64,000 nucleotides of DNA from Microbotryum violaceum (taxonomy: Eukaryota): the NCBI GenBank assembly GCA_001244265.2, contig CDLV01000007.1, positions 806,001 to 870,000 on the forward strand. Reading direction: 5' to 3'. This document shows positions 38,372-50,776 of this stretch, in pieces. How positions within the stretch are numbered: position 1 is the stretch's first letter; the number at the start of each line of letters is the position of its first letter. The notes beneath the pieces are model-generated. The model ran no database searches, was not told the origin of the DNA, and worked only from the letters and a program-made list of their open reading frames with translations. The position numbers and the translations under genes were made by a program.

Positions 38372-38611
38372 GTCCTGCTCGCATGGGCCTAGCATCTTCA
38401 GCCTTTTATCTCTTTCGGTTGCCGCTACTTCTCACGCTCCTTCGTTTTGTTGTGTATCTTGGAGTTTGCTCTCGTTGCCGCTCGACTGTGATTGCATAAC
38501 ACTTAATCTTGAACCGGGCTTGATCGAGAGAGCAATCGGATGCGAGAAACGATGAGTAACTTTTGCAAACTGCTCAACTACTACGGAAGAACCGCCAGAC
38601 CCCACTTCGCT

Positions 38612-41600
38612 TCACCTCAACCCCGCCAACCTTCCTTCACACTCAACAGGTTCAATCTCTATAAAATCAATGTCCCCACCTTCCTTTGTCTGTTTCTCCC
38701 CTTTGATCAACCCGTCCAAGATCCACTTCCCCTCCACAGGTCTCACATCACTCCTGGTCGTCCCTACCGTGAGATGCGCCACTTCATCCTTGCCTAGGCA
38801 TCCGTCCAAATTCAACTCCGCCCCATCCCTAGCCTCAGTGGACGAAGGAACAATCAACGAAACCTGTATCGACAACACCCTCGAGTCCCAAACGATCTTG
38901 GGTCCCAAAACGACCTTGACTTTTAACGCCTCGTCGTCCTCTTCCCTGCCTTTGAGATGATTCGCAAATCGTTCCCAATGTTTCTTCTTCTCCGCCGTCA
39001 TCTCCGGATTCCCTCCTTCCACGAGTTGAACCTCCTTCTCATGCACCAGCGTGATATGAGGATTTAGCTCGACCCTTTTGACCCTCTTCAACTCGGTCCA
39101 CACCTCCACCTCCTCCCGCCCTTCAAAAGCCTTCTCCACCAACCCTTCCAACTCAACTTTAATCGCGACCCCGAAATACCTCGGAGCCAAATTCGCTTCC
39201 TTCGTTTTACGCTCCGCAATCTTCTCCTTCTTGACCTTGACCTCATCCACGACCTTCTTGATCTTGGGTTCCCAAGTCATCCCCCTCTCCACCGCCTTCT
39301 TCAACTTCCCCTCGTCCACCTCCCCTTCCCCCGCATGTTCCTTGCACCCCGGTACCCCAATTCTTTTCAAAACCTTGACTACCTCCCTGATCGCCTCCTC
39401 CCTGCCCCACTCAGCCTTCATCTGAACCACCACATCGAACGCTCCATCGCCAGGGTTCAAAACCGGGTCAAACGCCTCCCATTGACCGAGGAATTGCCAA
39501 ATCGCGGCTTCGTGCAATAAGCCCGCTCGAAGGGTTTGGTGACGATCGCCTCGGTCGACTATACGGGACGAACACAGCGCGTGCAGTTTGTCGCGCGGCA
39601 GAGAGGGCGAGTCTATGGAGTAGAGGAGGGCGATGGTCTGCACTTTGTGGGAGGGGGAGAGGGATAGGGCCAGGGAGGAGAGGTCGGAGCGGAGTTTGAT
39701 TTGATGGTTGTTCCTGAGGGGTGTAGGAGAAAGACTAGCTTTGAGCAATTTGTTTGGTGGTGATGAGGGACGCAATGAGCTTACTTGTCGGCGTAAACAA
39801 CTTGGTCGGTTTGCAGGGCGGCCTTAACGGCCTTGAGGAAATGGGGGCCGGATTTCTTCATGTGGAAGTCGTCGGATTGGATGTGCGCGAAGCCAAAGAG
39901 GTCCGAAAGTGCGAGTCCAAGCGCGGTTTTGCCTGTTCACCGAGAGGCTGGATCAGACAGAACCTCATGATCATCTGTGCACCGATCCGGACTCACCACA
40001 CCCCTGCACGGCAACAGGCGCGATCAACCAACGATCGTACTCCCTCTTCGCCTCTTCTTCATCCACTTCCTCCTGGTCCTTGCCCAACAACCTCATCCTA
40101 TTCTTCCCCTTCGCCAACGACTTGACCACCACCTTGGCCTCATCTCCATTCCTCCATTTCAAAAACTCCTCCCTGGTCTTGATGATCCCCCTTCCCTTCT
40201 TCCACGACTCGAACTTTGTATAATCCTTCTCGATCTCCCTCTTGATCCACCATAGATAAAGTTTGGTTTGTTCGTTCTTGACCTTGTTGAGGTTGACGTT
40301 GTCCAACACGATCGGATTCTCCCTTCCCTTCCTCCCAGCTCCAGCTCCAGCTCCAGCTCCAGCTCCAGCTCCAGCTCCAGCTCCAGCTCCAGCTCCAGCC
40401 CCAGCTCCCACGACAGTCGATCTCGCTTCCAGTTCCTTCTCATACATCATCAACAACTTCCTCGTCGATTCCCTCCACTCCCTATACATTAAATAAGGTT
40501 CATCATACTTGACCTTCCAAAAGAACGCTTCGTTCGCCTTCTCCAATCTCTTTACCCCATCCTCATCCATAAATTCCACCATTCTTGAAACACCCCCTCT
40601 TTGAACACCACGTATAACGAAGCCTTCTACAGGGACGATCTTGCCGTTGGGTTGTTCGATCCCACCTAGGGATTGCACCGTTTGACAATAGGTTTGTACG
40701 GCCACCACGGAGGGGAAGAGGGTGTAAGGTGTGGGGATGAAACCCCATTTTTGGGCAAAGAGGGTCACGTAGGAGGAAGGGAGCGTTTGTAGGATTGGCT
40801 CGTTCAGATTCAGGCCGTGGAGGTGGAGTCCGGTGAGATGGGTTGGGTAGGCGAGGACGTGTTCTTCGAACGAGTCGTCGCAGAGCTGCGGGTGGCGGGT
40901 GGGAGTTCAGAAAGAAGGGGTGAGCTTCTAATGGCAGAGCAACGGGTCGATCTCTTTTTCGATTCTTACCTCTGCTACGGCAGTGAAATTATGCGACCAC
41001 AATTCTTGCGCCAACATCTCCTGCGTCTTTCCCACTTTTTCCAGGTGACGTTTCAACCAGTATTCACCCCTCTGCGAATGAGAGATCCGTTCCTCTTCTT
41101 CCTCTCGCCCCTCTGCATTGGTCGAGTTGAAGGCGGGTAAAGGTCCGATCGAATGTTTAGAGGTGACGAGGATATGGCGAGGGGATAGGGAGGCGATGAA
41201 AATGATGCATCCGTTGGATTTGAGGGTCAGTTCGTAGGGTGCGGTCGATTGTTTGGGGATGTTGGTCCACTGTGAAAGGGAAAGAAAATTCGGCCCAAGC
41301 CGGTCAGGCCTACCTCCTTCTGTGCCTCGGAGGATAGCACACCTCAAAGCCACGCACCTCTGTCCAAGAGACTTCTCCGATGTTGAAAAACTTGTCGTAA
41401 CCCCTCGCAACGATACGATACTGTTCTCCGGCTCGACTCGTACCACTCGGGTCCACTTTTTCAGTAAAGAGTCCTCTGGCTCGAGTCGGGAATGGACAGG
41501 GGTCACTCTTGTAAGCATACTCGGCCATCTTCCATGAGGTGATGTGGTGCGTTGTAGAGGGGTCCGATGTATACACGGTGTGCAAGGAGGAATGCAGGAG

Positions 41601-42029
41601 GTTGCGGATTGATAGAGGGGTTGCCGTTGAGGGAGAGGCGGAGGTGGAGGTGGAGGTGGAAGCGAGTTTCATTTGTTGTAAAGAGGTGGACAGATCGTTG
41701 GGAGGTTGCTTTTGTTTTCCTTTGGCGGAGCTTGTCGAGGATGAACCGACGACACTGAGTTCGTCATGGTCTTGGTCTGGGTCGTGGTCGTGCTCCTGAT
41801 CGTGGTCAGGCTGCGAACCGAGCTGCTGTGCCGCCGGTTGAGTCCGAGTTTGGTCGACCTCGTCCTGAGCACCAAACGAGAGAAGAGCTTGGACGAGGGA
41901 TGTGGCAGTGATGTTGGCAGAGGTTCCGGCGTTGCTACCGGTACTACTGCTCGTCATCGTGGGGTGAGGCAACGGGTTGCTCTTGGACGACGATGAGCAG
42001 GTCGAGCCCGCTGCTGCTGCTGGAGTCAT
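38612..42029 (-). CDS. TRL1: Fungal trifunctional tRNA ligase (ligase, kinase, cyclic phosphodiesterase)
   Basis: SWKMAEYAY..PTRARGLF, IVARGYDKFFN, motif I TLKSNGCII, EGFVIR, FFWKVKY, kinase P-loop VQGCGKT, CPDase HITLVH and HLTVGT. Start at 42029 or 41957. Confidence 0.95.
40335..40408 (-). repeat. Coding hexanucleotide repeat (CCAGCT)n, about 12 units, giving poly(Gly-Ala) in TRL1
   Basis: Read directly from the sequence. Translates as GAGAGA... on the minus strand. Confidence 0.95.
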
Positions 42030-42371
42030 CAATTGAGCAGGTCAGGACGAGTCCAGCCGAGCGTCGGTACGTCCGTAAAGATGACCAGCCGAGGGAAGAT
42101 CGACGCCCAAGCCGAGTCGGGAATGGGGCACGGCGACGGGTTAAAAGATTGGCCAAGCTCGAGCTGTTCCTACTGCGACGACCGGCGTCGAGTGGTGCGA
42201 GCGATCACTGATTGCCAGATCAACCGACGTCACGCTCAGCAAATCGAAAATTCCATTAAAATACAGCAAGGCGCTTTCGGGTTGTCAAAGTAGGTAAGAA
42301 TCTGACTTGGGCATCATCAGCCCATACTGACTGGTAACCGACCTTGTACTGAGTTAGAAATAAGTCGGCCT

Positions 42372-42409
42372 AGTAACTTCAGTAACTTCAGTAACTTCAG
42401 TAACTTCAG
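42372..42409 (+). repeat. 9-bp tandem repeat AGTAACTTC x4 in the TRL1/SppA divergent promoter
   Basis: Read directly from the sequence. A C26 homopolymer follows at 42562-42587. Confidence 0.95.
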
Positions 42410-42631
42410 ACCGATCCGAGTCACTGCCCGCGCATCGGCCAATTCATCGTCGTGCCGACGCGCGTCGCAGCACTCAAAAAAAAAGTTCCCAAGTCATGAA
42501 TTCCAGTTGTTAGTAGATTTGGTTTGAGGACAGAATCTAACAAACGCGTAGTCCGCTGCAACCCCCCCCCCCCCCCCCCCCCCCCCCACCTGCAGCTTGC
42601 TTCCCTCTCCCCTCTGTCCATTGACGAAGGA

Positions 42632-45600
42632 ATGGCGGCCGAGTCAGGTGCCAAACCACCACTCCCTCCAGCACCACCAACAGCTTCTTCCCCTTCCCCA
42701 GCAGCACCAGTACCCTCTACCCCGGGGGTGATTGGTAGTCGTTCGCAACGGTGGCAGCAATCACGGGTCTTTGGAGCGGCCAAGACGGGTTGGGCTTGGA
42801 GGAGGGCCATCTTGTTTGGCTTGGGCACGAGTTATGCGGTTGTCAAGTGAGTCATTTCCTTTGAGGGGAAACTGGGCCTGAGCTCGACTGATCCACTCGT
42901 GACCTTCGATCAGCTGGCAGAGCTCAAAGATCAAGGCGTGGAAGAGGGATCAGATACATGACAAGGTGGGCGAAGCACGCGTGCACGTTCTTGATGAACT
43001 CGAACTGACGTAGGCGACTAGCGACTTCCAGACCTACCTGTACTGGAAAATTTACGATGGGTGAGCGAAGACGAGGCTTGCTCTACCTCCTGTCCGACGG
43101 GGGGACTGGGCAGCGGCTGATTCTTCTCTCCTCCCCTCGGCTGACCGACCAACAGCGGCATCGTCGAAGCCAAGTCATATGGATCAAAGTGAGAGACACA
43201 GTACACTTCACTCGTCCAACACCAGACACTCACTATCCATCACCCTGGACAGTCTCAACTACCTGCTCAACTCGTCGACCGGATCGCCCGAGGAGCCGCC
43301 GAGAGTCATGACCCTTTTCGACGTCATCCGGACCATCAAGCTTATCGAACAGGATGATCGAATCGTCAGTTGAAGCCCGATGCGGAGCTCTCTTCCCTAG
43401 CTCTCAAGCTCAGTCAAATTTCGACGCACATCGCACAGCGAGGCATCATCGCCGATTTCTCCAACATCTCCGTCCCCTCCGTACCGGCCTACAATCTCGG
43501 CCTCGCACAACTCGAAGAGATCCAAGAAGCTCTTCTCGAACTGCGTCGTACCAAACATGAACGACTTGGACAGGAGAATTGGAAGACGATCGCTTGGTCC
43601 GATACCTTTACCAGTCAGGCGCAGTACTTGTTCGCAACGTGCTTCGATGAGGTCTATACCCAACCGACGGGAGAGGTCCCTCTTGTTGGAATGGGTGAGC
43701 TGTGGTGAAGCATTTCTGAGAATAGTGTCAAGTAGGTACTGAACCTTCACCCGTTCCTTGACTAGGTACAACGGTCCCCTTCTATGGACGACTGGCAAAA
43801 TGGTTGGGCATCGAGGTCCATGCCGAGGCGAGGAACGAGTACAAGAGCTTTGTCCAGCCTGTGAGCTTGATCCATCAAGCCTGTGAACCGCCCTATTTAG
43901 ATGGATCACTAATGCCTAAGCCCTCACGCACAGTACATTGACGAAAAATTGACCAAACCTCAAAAAGAGAACCACCTCGAACTCGTCAGCGACCTGAACG
44001 ACAACCTCATGACCTACATCGCGCGTAATCGCTTCTCCACCTCCCTTGCCGGATTGCTGGGTCTCGAACACGTCAAGAAGCTTTCCCAAGAAGGCCCTTA
44101 CAGCGCCACACAGGCGACCAAAGTCGGTCTGTTAAATGGGACGGCCTATCGACAGGACGTGTTGGATTCGATCATGGACAAGGATGAGAATGGGGATTTG
44201 GTCGAGAATCCAAAGAGGGTTAAAGGGTTTTACCACTACAGCAAGATCATGGAGAGGATCGTCGAGAACACCGTTACAGACGCGATGGATGTCGGGGTCG
44301 TGTACCTCATGGGCACGATTGGTGATGCTGGAGAGTGAGCATCGCGTACTGTATTGCTCGGGTCCTTCCGATTTTTGACTCATATGGCATTGTCCCCCTT
44401 ACCCAGATTCGGAACAGCGGCGGTCGTCCGAGGCTTAAAAGAAGCCGGTGAAGACGAAACGATCGGAGCTGTCGTACTGCGCATCGATTCAGGCGGAGGA
44501 GGTGTCGTCGAGTCCGATACGATCTGGTCCGCCGTGCGTGATTTGAGGGAAAAGTACGGCAAGACCGTCGTCGCTAGTTTCGGGAACGCTTCGGCTTCGG
44601 GAGGGTATCTCGTCTCGACGCATGCCGATGCGATCTTGGCGAGCCCTTCGACGATTACGGGATCGTGAGTCCAATGAACGCGTTCAAGTCCACGTTCACA
44701 TCGATGTTCATATACTTATGTAAGTTCGTTCTGCACAGTATCGGCGTTGCCGCCCTCCGTCCCACCTTCACCCAAACCTTCTTCGACCGGCTCCACATCA
44801 CCCTCGATTCCATATTCCTCGGTTCGCGCACCCAAGACCTCACCCACAAACTCGAAGGTGCCGAACTGAAACGGTACCAAGCCCATGTTGATGAGATGTA
44901 CACCGATTTTAAGAACCGCGTCGTCGAGGGGAGGGGTGTGCATCCGGAATTGATTGATTTGATTGCAGGGGGGAGGGTGTTTGCGGGGTTGAAGGCTTTT
45001 GAATTGACGGCGCCGAGGGAGTTGGTGGACAAGATCAGGGGTTGGACGAAGGAGGATTCCACGACGCCGGAGCCGACGACGAAGCTCGAGGAGCTTTCGT
45101 CCCCGAGGCTTATAGGGGAGGAAGAGACACCGAAGAATGGATCAAATCGAGCGACGATCGTCACCTTACCCGAGGATCAGGAGACCTCACCTTACGCTCC
45201 TCCGACAACCGTCATGAACGAAAACTTTTTCGACGAGATCGCGACTTTGGAACCAGCCGAGGTGAACGCCTTGAAAGCGCTCTCCTCCCCCGAACCCACC
45301 ACCTCGACCTCAGTCCCTCCTCCGACGGAAGGGCAACCCTCCCCCCTCCCTACCGTTTCAGGGATCTTCGAAATCACCCCCGGTCCCTTCGGACGCGGCC
45401 TGATTGATGGTCTAGGAGGGATCCGCGATTCGGCCATCTACGCTTGCGAACTCTTCATCTCCAACGGTGTGGCCGCTTATCAACACGACAACCCAGGCAT
45501 GTCCGAAAAGGAAGCGTTGAAGTCACTTTTACCGGATGCGAGACCGAGTTGGAATGAAGAGACGGGGGAGATGGTCATGAGTCTTGATGTACGACTCAAG

Positions 45601-45870
45601 AGGTTCCCGGTGCAGAAGGGGTTCTGGCAGACTTTGAGGGAGAATAGTGAGAAGGGGGATTCGGTCGAGTTGAGCCAGTTGGGGGGGTTGGTTAGGGGCT
45701 TGCTGGTAGGTTGGGTTATCAAGGCGATGGCGGATGGGGTGAGTGGTGAATTGAGGGAGTTGGGGCTTTGGGAGGGGACTAGAGGGACGAGTGGACTGGG
45801 TTTGGGAAAGACGAGGTTCGGTGGGATGAGGGGGATCAGGGCGGAGTGGGGTGGGTTCAATTTAAGATAG
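42632..45870 (+). CDS. sppA: Signal peptide peptidase A / protease IV (peptidase S49, two-domain type), multi-exon
   Basis: N-domain QYLFATCFDEVYTQPTG and ARNEYKSFVQP. C-domain AVVLRIDSGGG, VVASFGNASASGGY, ILASPSTITGSIGV, FKNRVVEGRG, IAGGRVFAG and GLIDGLGG. Hydrophobic segment near the N-terminus. Confidence 0.9.
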
Positions 45871-46012
45871 AGGGAAGGAGTTGTGGTCTACAAGATTGTA
45901 GACAAACCGTCTCGCGAAAGCAGCGCATAAAATATTTTATATGTCCCATGGCGATATACTACAACAATGCATTGGTCAACACACCAAAAATTCAACTCGA
46001 TTCTATCGCCCC

Positions 46013-47724
46013 TTACAATCCCAAGTCCTCCAGCATCACCCCTCTCCCCCCTTCGAACCTCTTCCCAAACCTCTTTTTCAACCCCGCACTCCCAACTTCC
46101 AAATACTCCTTCCTACTCACCAAGCTCCCCAATTCTCCACTTTCAACCCCTTCCTTCCCACTTTTGACAATCTCCAATACCGGCTCTTTGGACAGCCTTA
46201 CGTTCACGAAGAACTCTTGAGGTGCCAAAGAGCGAATTTCGTTGAACAAACGGGTTTGGAATCCAGGGAATGATGTGCTGCCTCCTACGAGGATGATGTT
46301 GGACCAATAGAGGCCTTGCAAAGGGAGTGGAAGGGACGCGATGCAAGAAGCTATGCATTCGGAGAGTCCTTGTTGGTTCAGGTCTGTAGGTCGGTGATGA
46401 GTAGGTTCAGTGTGGGGAATGAGGGGAGGTTAGGTCTGTGATGGCTTACCTATTGTCGTAGGGTTGAACAAGACTTCGGGGACGGTGAAGCGTTCGTTAT
46501 TCAACTGCAGCAGCTGCTCTTCAACAACGGGGGTCCCCTGCCCATTCGAACCAGGCATTTCGGAAACGATGGGGAAGGCCGAAGGTGATGGTGGTGCAAC
46601 GTTGGGATCCCTAAGGTAACCTAGCTTGTTCTTTGATCCCGGCAAAAAGTCCGGCAGTACGTAAGTGCGAACGATCTGGTGGGCTTGGTTCGAACTGTCG
46701 GTGGCAAGCATCCAGGGAGTGGGTCAGTGATCACGACTCAAACGAGCAACTGCTCATCACCTGGAAGAGCAAGCATCTGACTTTGCCAAAGTCCAATCCT
46801 TCTCCCATTGATTGGTGACATAGCAACATTCTTCCTTTGCGCGTTCCATGACCATGGTTTGATCCATCATGTACCATTGCCGAAACGAAACCAGTTCCTT
46901 CAAATGGTTCGTCAACAACTTGCCCCCTGCGTCGATGCGTTGGATCGCATCCTCGATCAAACGGCCTTTGTAGATGGGGACGACATGGGTGAAGGAGAAG
47001 CCGGCATCGACGACGATTAGACATTCTGGTGTCCCTTTATCGGTGGAGGTTGCTTCATCGTGCCGTGTGGCTGTTGGGCCGAAGGGGACGAGGAGAGGTC
47101 CGGGTATTCGAAGACAGGCGGATACTTCGAGCTCTTCGAAGAGAATCTGGTCGTAGTGTTCTCTTACGTTGGGGAGGTTGTGCATCGGTTCGGTGATAAC
47201 GAAACGGGTTGCACTGGGGTCGATCTGGGAAAGAGGTGGGGGCGTGTGAGAAGTCAACGCGAAGTGGGTCTTTCCTGGCCAGCCATCGACGACGCACGGC
47301 CAGTCCACGACCCTTGTTGGAAAATATGCGATCCCAGACTTGTTTCTCGACGTCCCAGTTGTTGAGAATGCCCTAGAAGACACGTTTCCGATCAGCTAAT
47401 GGCGAAAGCGGACTCGCTCAGCAGGAAAGCTCGCCCTCTCGAACGCCAACCGCATCGTCAACGCGCCAAAGTCCTGACAGTCATCGAATTCATCGGCGAT
47501 GTAATTCTTGCGCTCTGTTTTGGATCGGATGATGGCGTTGCGGTAGACCCTGTGCGACGGGGAAAAGGTCAGAGGCAATCGATCAGCTCCGAGCTCTCGA
47601 GTGGACGAAGCGAGACAAGGACTGACTGAGGAGCTGTCGAGGCGTTGGGATGGGTAGGCTTATTAGCCCATAGTGCCTTTATTGTATGGGCTCCATTGTC
47701 AATGATCAGCGTTGGCTCGTTCAT
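46013..47724 (-). CDS. ARP6: Actin-related protein 6 (SWR1 complex)
   Basis: TLIIDNGAHTIK, VVDAGFSFTHVVP, RIDAGGKLLTNHLKELVSFRQW, YVLPDF, LNNERFTVPEVLFNP and NIILVGG. Confidence 0.93.
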
Positions 47725-48503
47725 GCTCGATGACTTTCAGATCGGAGTCGAAGAGGGAGAGGTGGGGAGCGGAGCGAGGAGCGAGGAGCGAGGAGCGATA
47801 CTGTGGCAGCGCACGATTGAACTGAAAACCGACGCCGAGTCTGTCACAGTGGTATCTTGACCGTTCGATTACTCGGAAAGCATCGTGCCAGAAAGCGAAG
47901 GGCTGGCTCGGGAGGTGGATTGCACGACTGGGGCGAGACCACGGAAGCAGCTCGAGCTCAGTTCGCAAGGCGGCGCGGAGTTACGCTTAATTGCCCATTA
48001 CAATGCCCCGTGCCAAGGGAGTCGATTAGTCCAGCTTATAGTCCTGGTGCGCGCGCGTGAAATCTGGGCGAGGCGCGCGGCGGGGGTTGCGCCGACCAGA
48101 CTGGACCGCTCTTGGCTTTGAGCTCCTGCTGCATCGGTCCACTCAAGAACCTCCCCTCCTTGTGAGTTGAAACGACATTCGCCGCTGCATGGACGATCCG
48201 TATGAACACGACGACGACGACTACACGGGGAGCCAGGCCGTCCAGTCGTTGGAGTTGGGCGGGCTGGGCCAGCGCATAGGGCGCATAGGCGACGACGGCG
48301 ACGATGAGGTCGATGAGGCTCAGCGGTGGCTGGGGAAAAAAAGCGGCTTTGCGCCTGGACGGGTGCTGCTGCTGGCTCGCTCGCTCGCACGACAGACTCT
48401 CCACACGGCTCACACTCTGCTTGCCGCTTCCCTCCACGTCCAAGCACTACACGCTGACTGACCACATTCACCCGCATCTCTCTCCCTCCTCTACCAGATC
48501 ACC

Positions 48504-49436
48504 ATGGGAGCTTACAAGTGAGTGTCTTTGCCCGGATCGTCGCTTGCTCGTCGCTTGCTCGTCGCTTGCTCGTCGTTCGTTGGCTGCTAGTTGGCTCTGC
48601 TGGCCCGCCGCGACGCCGCACACCTGCGCTACGCCCAAGCAGCCAGCAGCATCGTAGCGTCTCGGCTCGAGCCCGCTCGTTCAATACACCTTCCCCAATG
48701 CACCATGTCATGTCGCTGACCACATTTCACCGCTTTCCTCAGATACATTGCCGAGTTGCACAAGCGCAAGCAGTCTGATGTGTTGCGCTTCCTCCTCCGT
48801 GTGCGATGCTGGGAGTACCGCCAATTGAACGTCTGCCACCGCGCCAGCCGCCCTTCGCGACCGGACAAGGCCCGTCGGTTGGGTTACAAGGCCAAGCAAG
48901 GCTACGTCATCTACCGCATTCGAGTCCGCCGCGGTAATCGCAAAAAGCCCGTCAAGAAGGGTGCCACCTTCGGCAAGCCGACCAACCAGGGTGTCAACCA
49001 TCTCAAGTTCCAGCGCTCGCTACGATCGACCGCCGAGGAACGTGTCGCCCGTCGATGCGGCGGTCTCCGTGTCTTGAACTCGTACTGGATCAACCAAGTC
49101 AGTCCGAGCTACTCGTTTCCATCTCTTTGAGAACCGACGAGCTGACAGTGCTGTGCCCCGCCCGCCGCTATCCGCCCGCGCTGCCACCCCCCCAAACAGG
49201 ATGGTGTCTACAAGTACTTCGAGGTCATCCTCGTCGACCCTTCGCACAAGGCCATCCGTCGCGACGCCCGCATCAACTGGATCTCGAACCCCGTCCACAA
49301 GCGCCGCGAGGCCCGCGGTCTCACCGGCGCCGGCAAGAAGAACCGTGGTATCGGCAAGGGTCACCGCTACAACCACACCCCGCAAGCCGCGACCTGGCGC
49401 AAGCACAACACCCTCTCCCTCCGTCGTTACCGATAA
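48504..49436 (+). CDS. RPL15: 60S ribosomal protein L15 (eL15), 3 coding exons
   Basis: [58 protein letters not shown] and [13 protein letters not shown]. Confidence 0.99.
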
Positions 49437-50776
49437 GCGGATCGTCTTGGCCGACTGGTGTGTGTTTTGTGTATACGCGGGGGGAAGCAAAATCGGTCGA
49501 GTTCTTCATTTGGGGGGAAGCAGGGACCTATGGGGGAATAAAGGCGATCACGGACAAGATTCCGAGGTTCACTTCTTTTTCTCTTGCGTTTCGTTTGCCC
49601 TCTCTAAAGAGCAATCAATGTGCTCCTGCAATATCAAGGGGAGTCTTGAATGGCTTAATACAGATTTTGATCGGGGTGATTGTGCGATGGCGTGCGCGGC
49701 AGTTACTCGGTCTCTGTATCTCCAAATCAAAAGAGCACCATTTAAGTTCTTCTTGCCCCACCCAAACGTGTGCGGAATGAGCCAACACGAGTCGATTGAG
49801 ACTCGGATCAGTAAGTACTCAATTCGTTAAATAGGGATCGTCAAAAGATCGTCGCAAATCGCAAAAATGCGTCGCCTCGGCCTGGTCGCGCTCTGCTCAC
49901 CTTTGCTTTTGGTTGCCACCGACACCCCCGGCTGACTGCGACCGACTACCATGCACCACCGGCCACGCATAGTCGCACGGGTCATCTACTTCTTTCAGTA
50001 CTTGCCACCTATTACCACCTCCGCTCCTTGCCTCCGCTTCCCGTTCGGGCCGCCCCCTGTCTCGTCTTTTTCCCTCTCCTCGCTCGTCCCTCCGCCCACG
50101 AAACGCTGCACCCCGGCTGACCATGATGCCAATCAACGTCATCCTTCTGTGATGCACCCCCACCCCCCGCTGAGTACTTGTGGCGGCCCACCGCAGCTCC
50201 TCTGACCACTCGCACCAGCTGCGACCGGACCTTTGCTTTGTGGCTCGCGGTCGGACACCCACATCTCGCTTTCGCAACGTGTGCGCCGTATGCAACGTAA
50301 TTCATCCTCTCTGTTCCGTTCCCCACTCTTTTTCATCCCTCAAACGCGTCACGTGTGTACAGCATTACCACAGTTCAGAACAAGTCGTTTCGTGTTCGGG
50401 TCGTTCGAGGTTTCTCACTTCCCGGTTCGTTACGGCTTGTGTCTGTTTAACAATGGGTATCATGTCTGAAGGAATTTTACCAACGGGCGCAACAACAATC
50501 ACACCTTATCTCTTCCCGGGACGTATATCGTTTCACCGTCAAAAGTCGACTTTTTCTTCGATGGCTCTTTGGGGCTTTGAAAGAAGGGGTTGGGTTGAAG
50601 GGGAGGTTACATATGCTTTAACCGCATCTTTCCATTTTTTAAAAATGTAGTGTACTGTTGTATCCCCCGGCCTTCCAACGCTTGTCTTCATGAGCCTTTC
50701 GTGAGGTTCAATTTCTTCCACGATACGGCATTTCTACCAGATCTCTATCAAACAGTAGTACCCGCCGGCATCGAGA

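Noticed and set aside
42632..45870. Bacterial contamination or recent horizontal transfer as the source of sppA
   Set aside because: The gene has many spliceosomal introns and sits seamlessly between fungal TRL1 and ARP6.
48189..48461. 90-aa ATG-initiated ORF upstream of RPL15
   Set aside because: Lies inside the probable 5' UTR intron and has no recognisable features.
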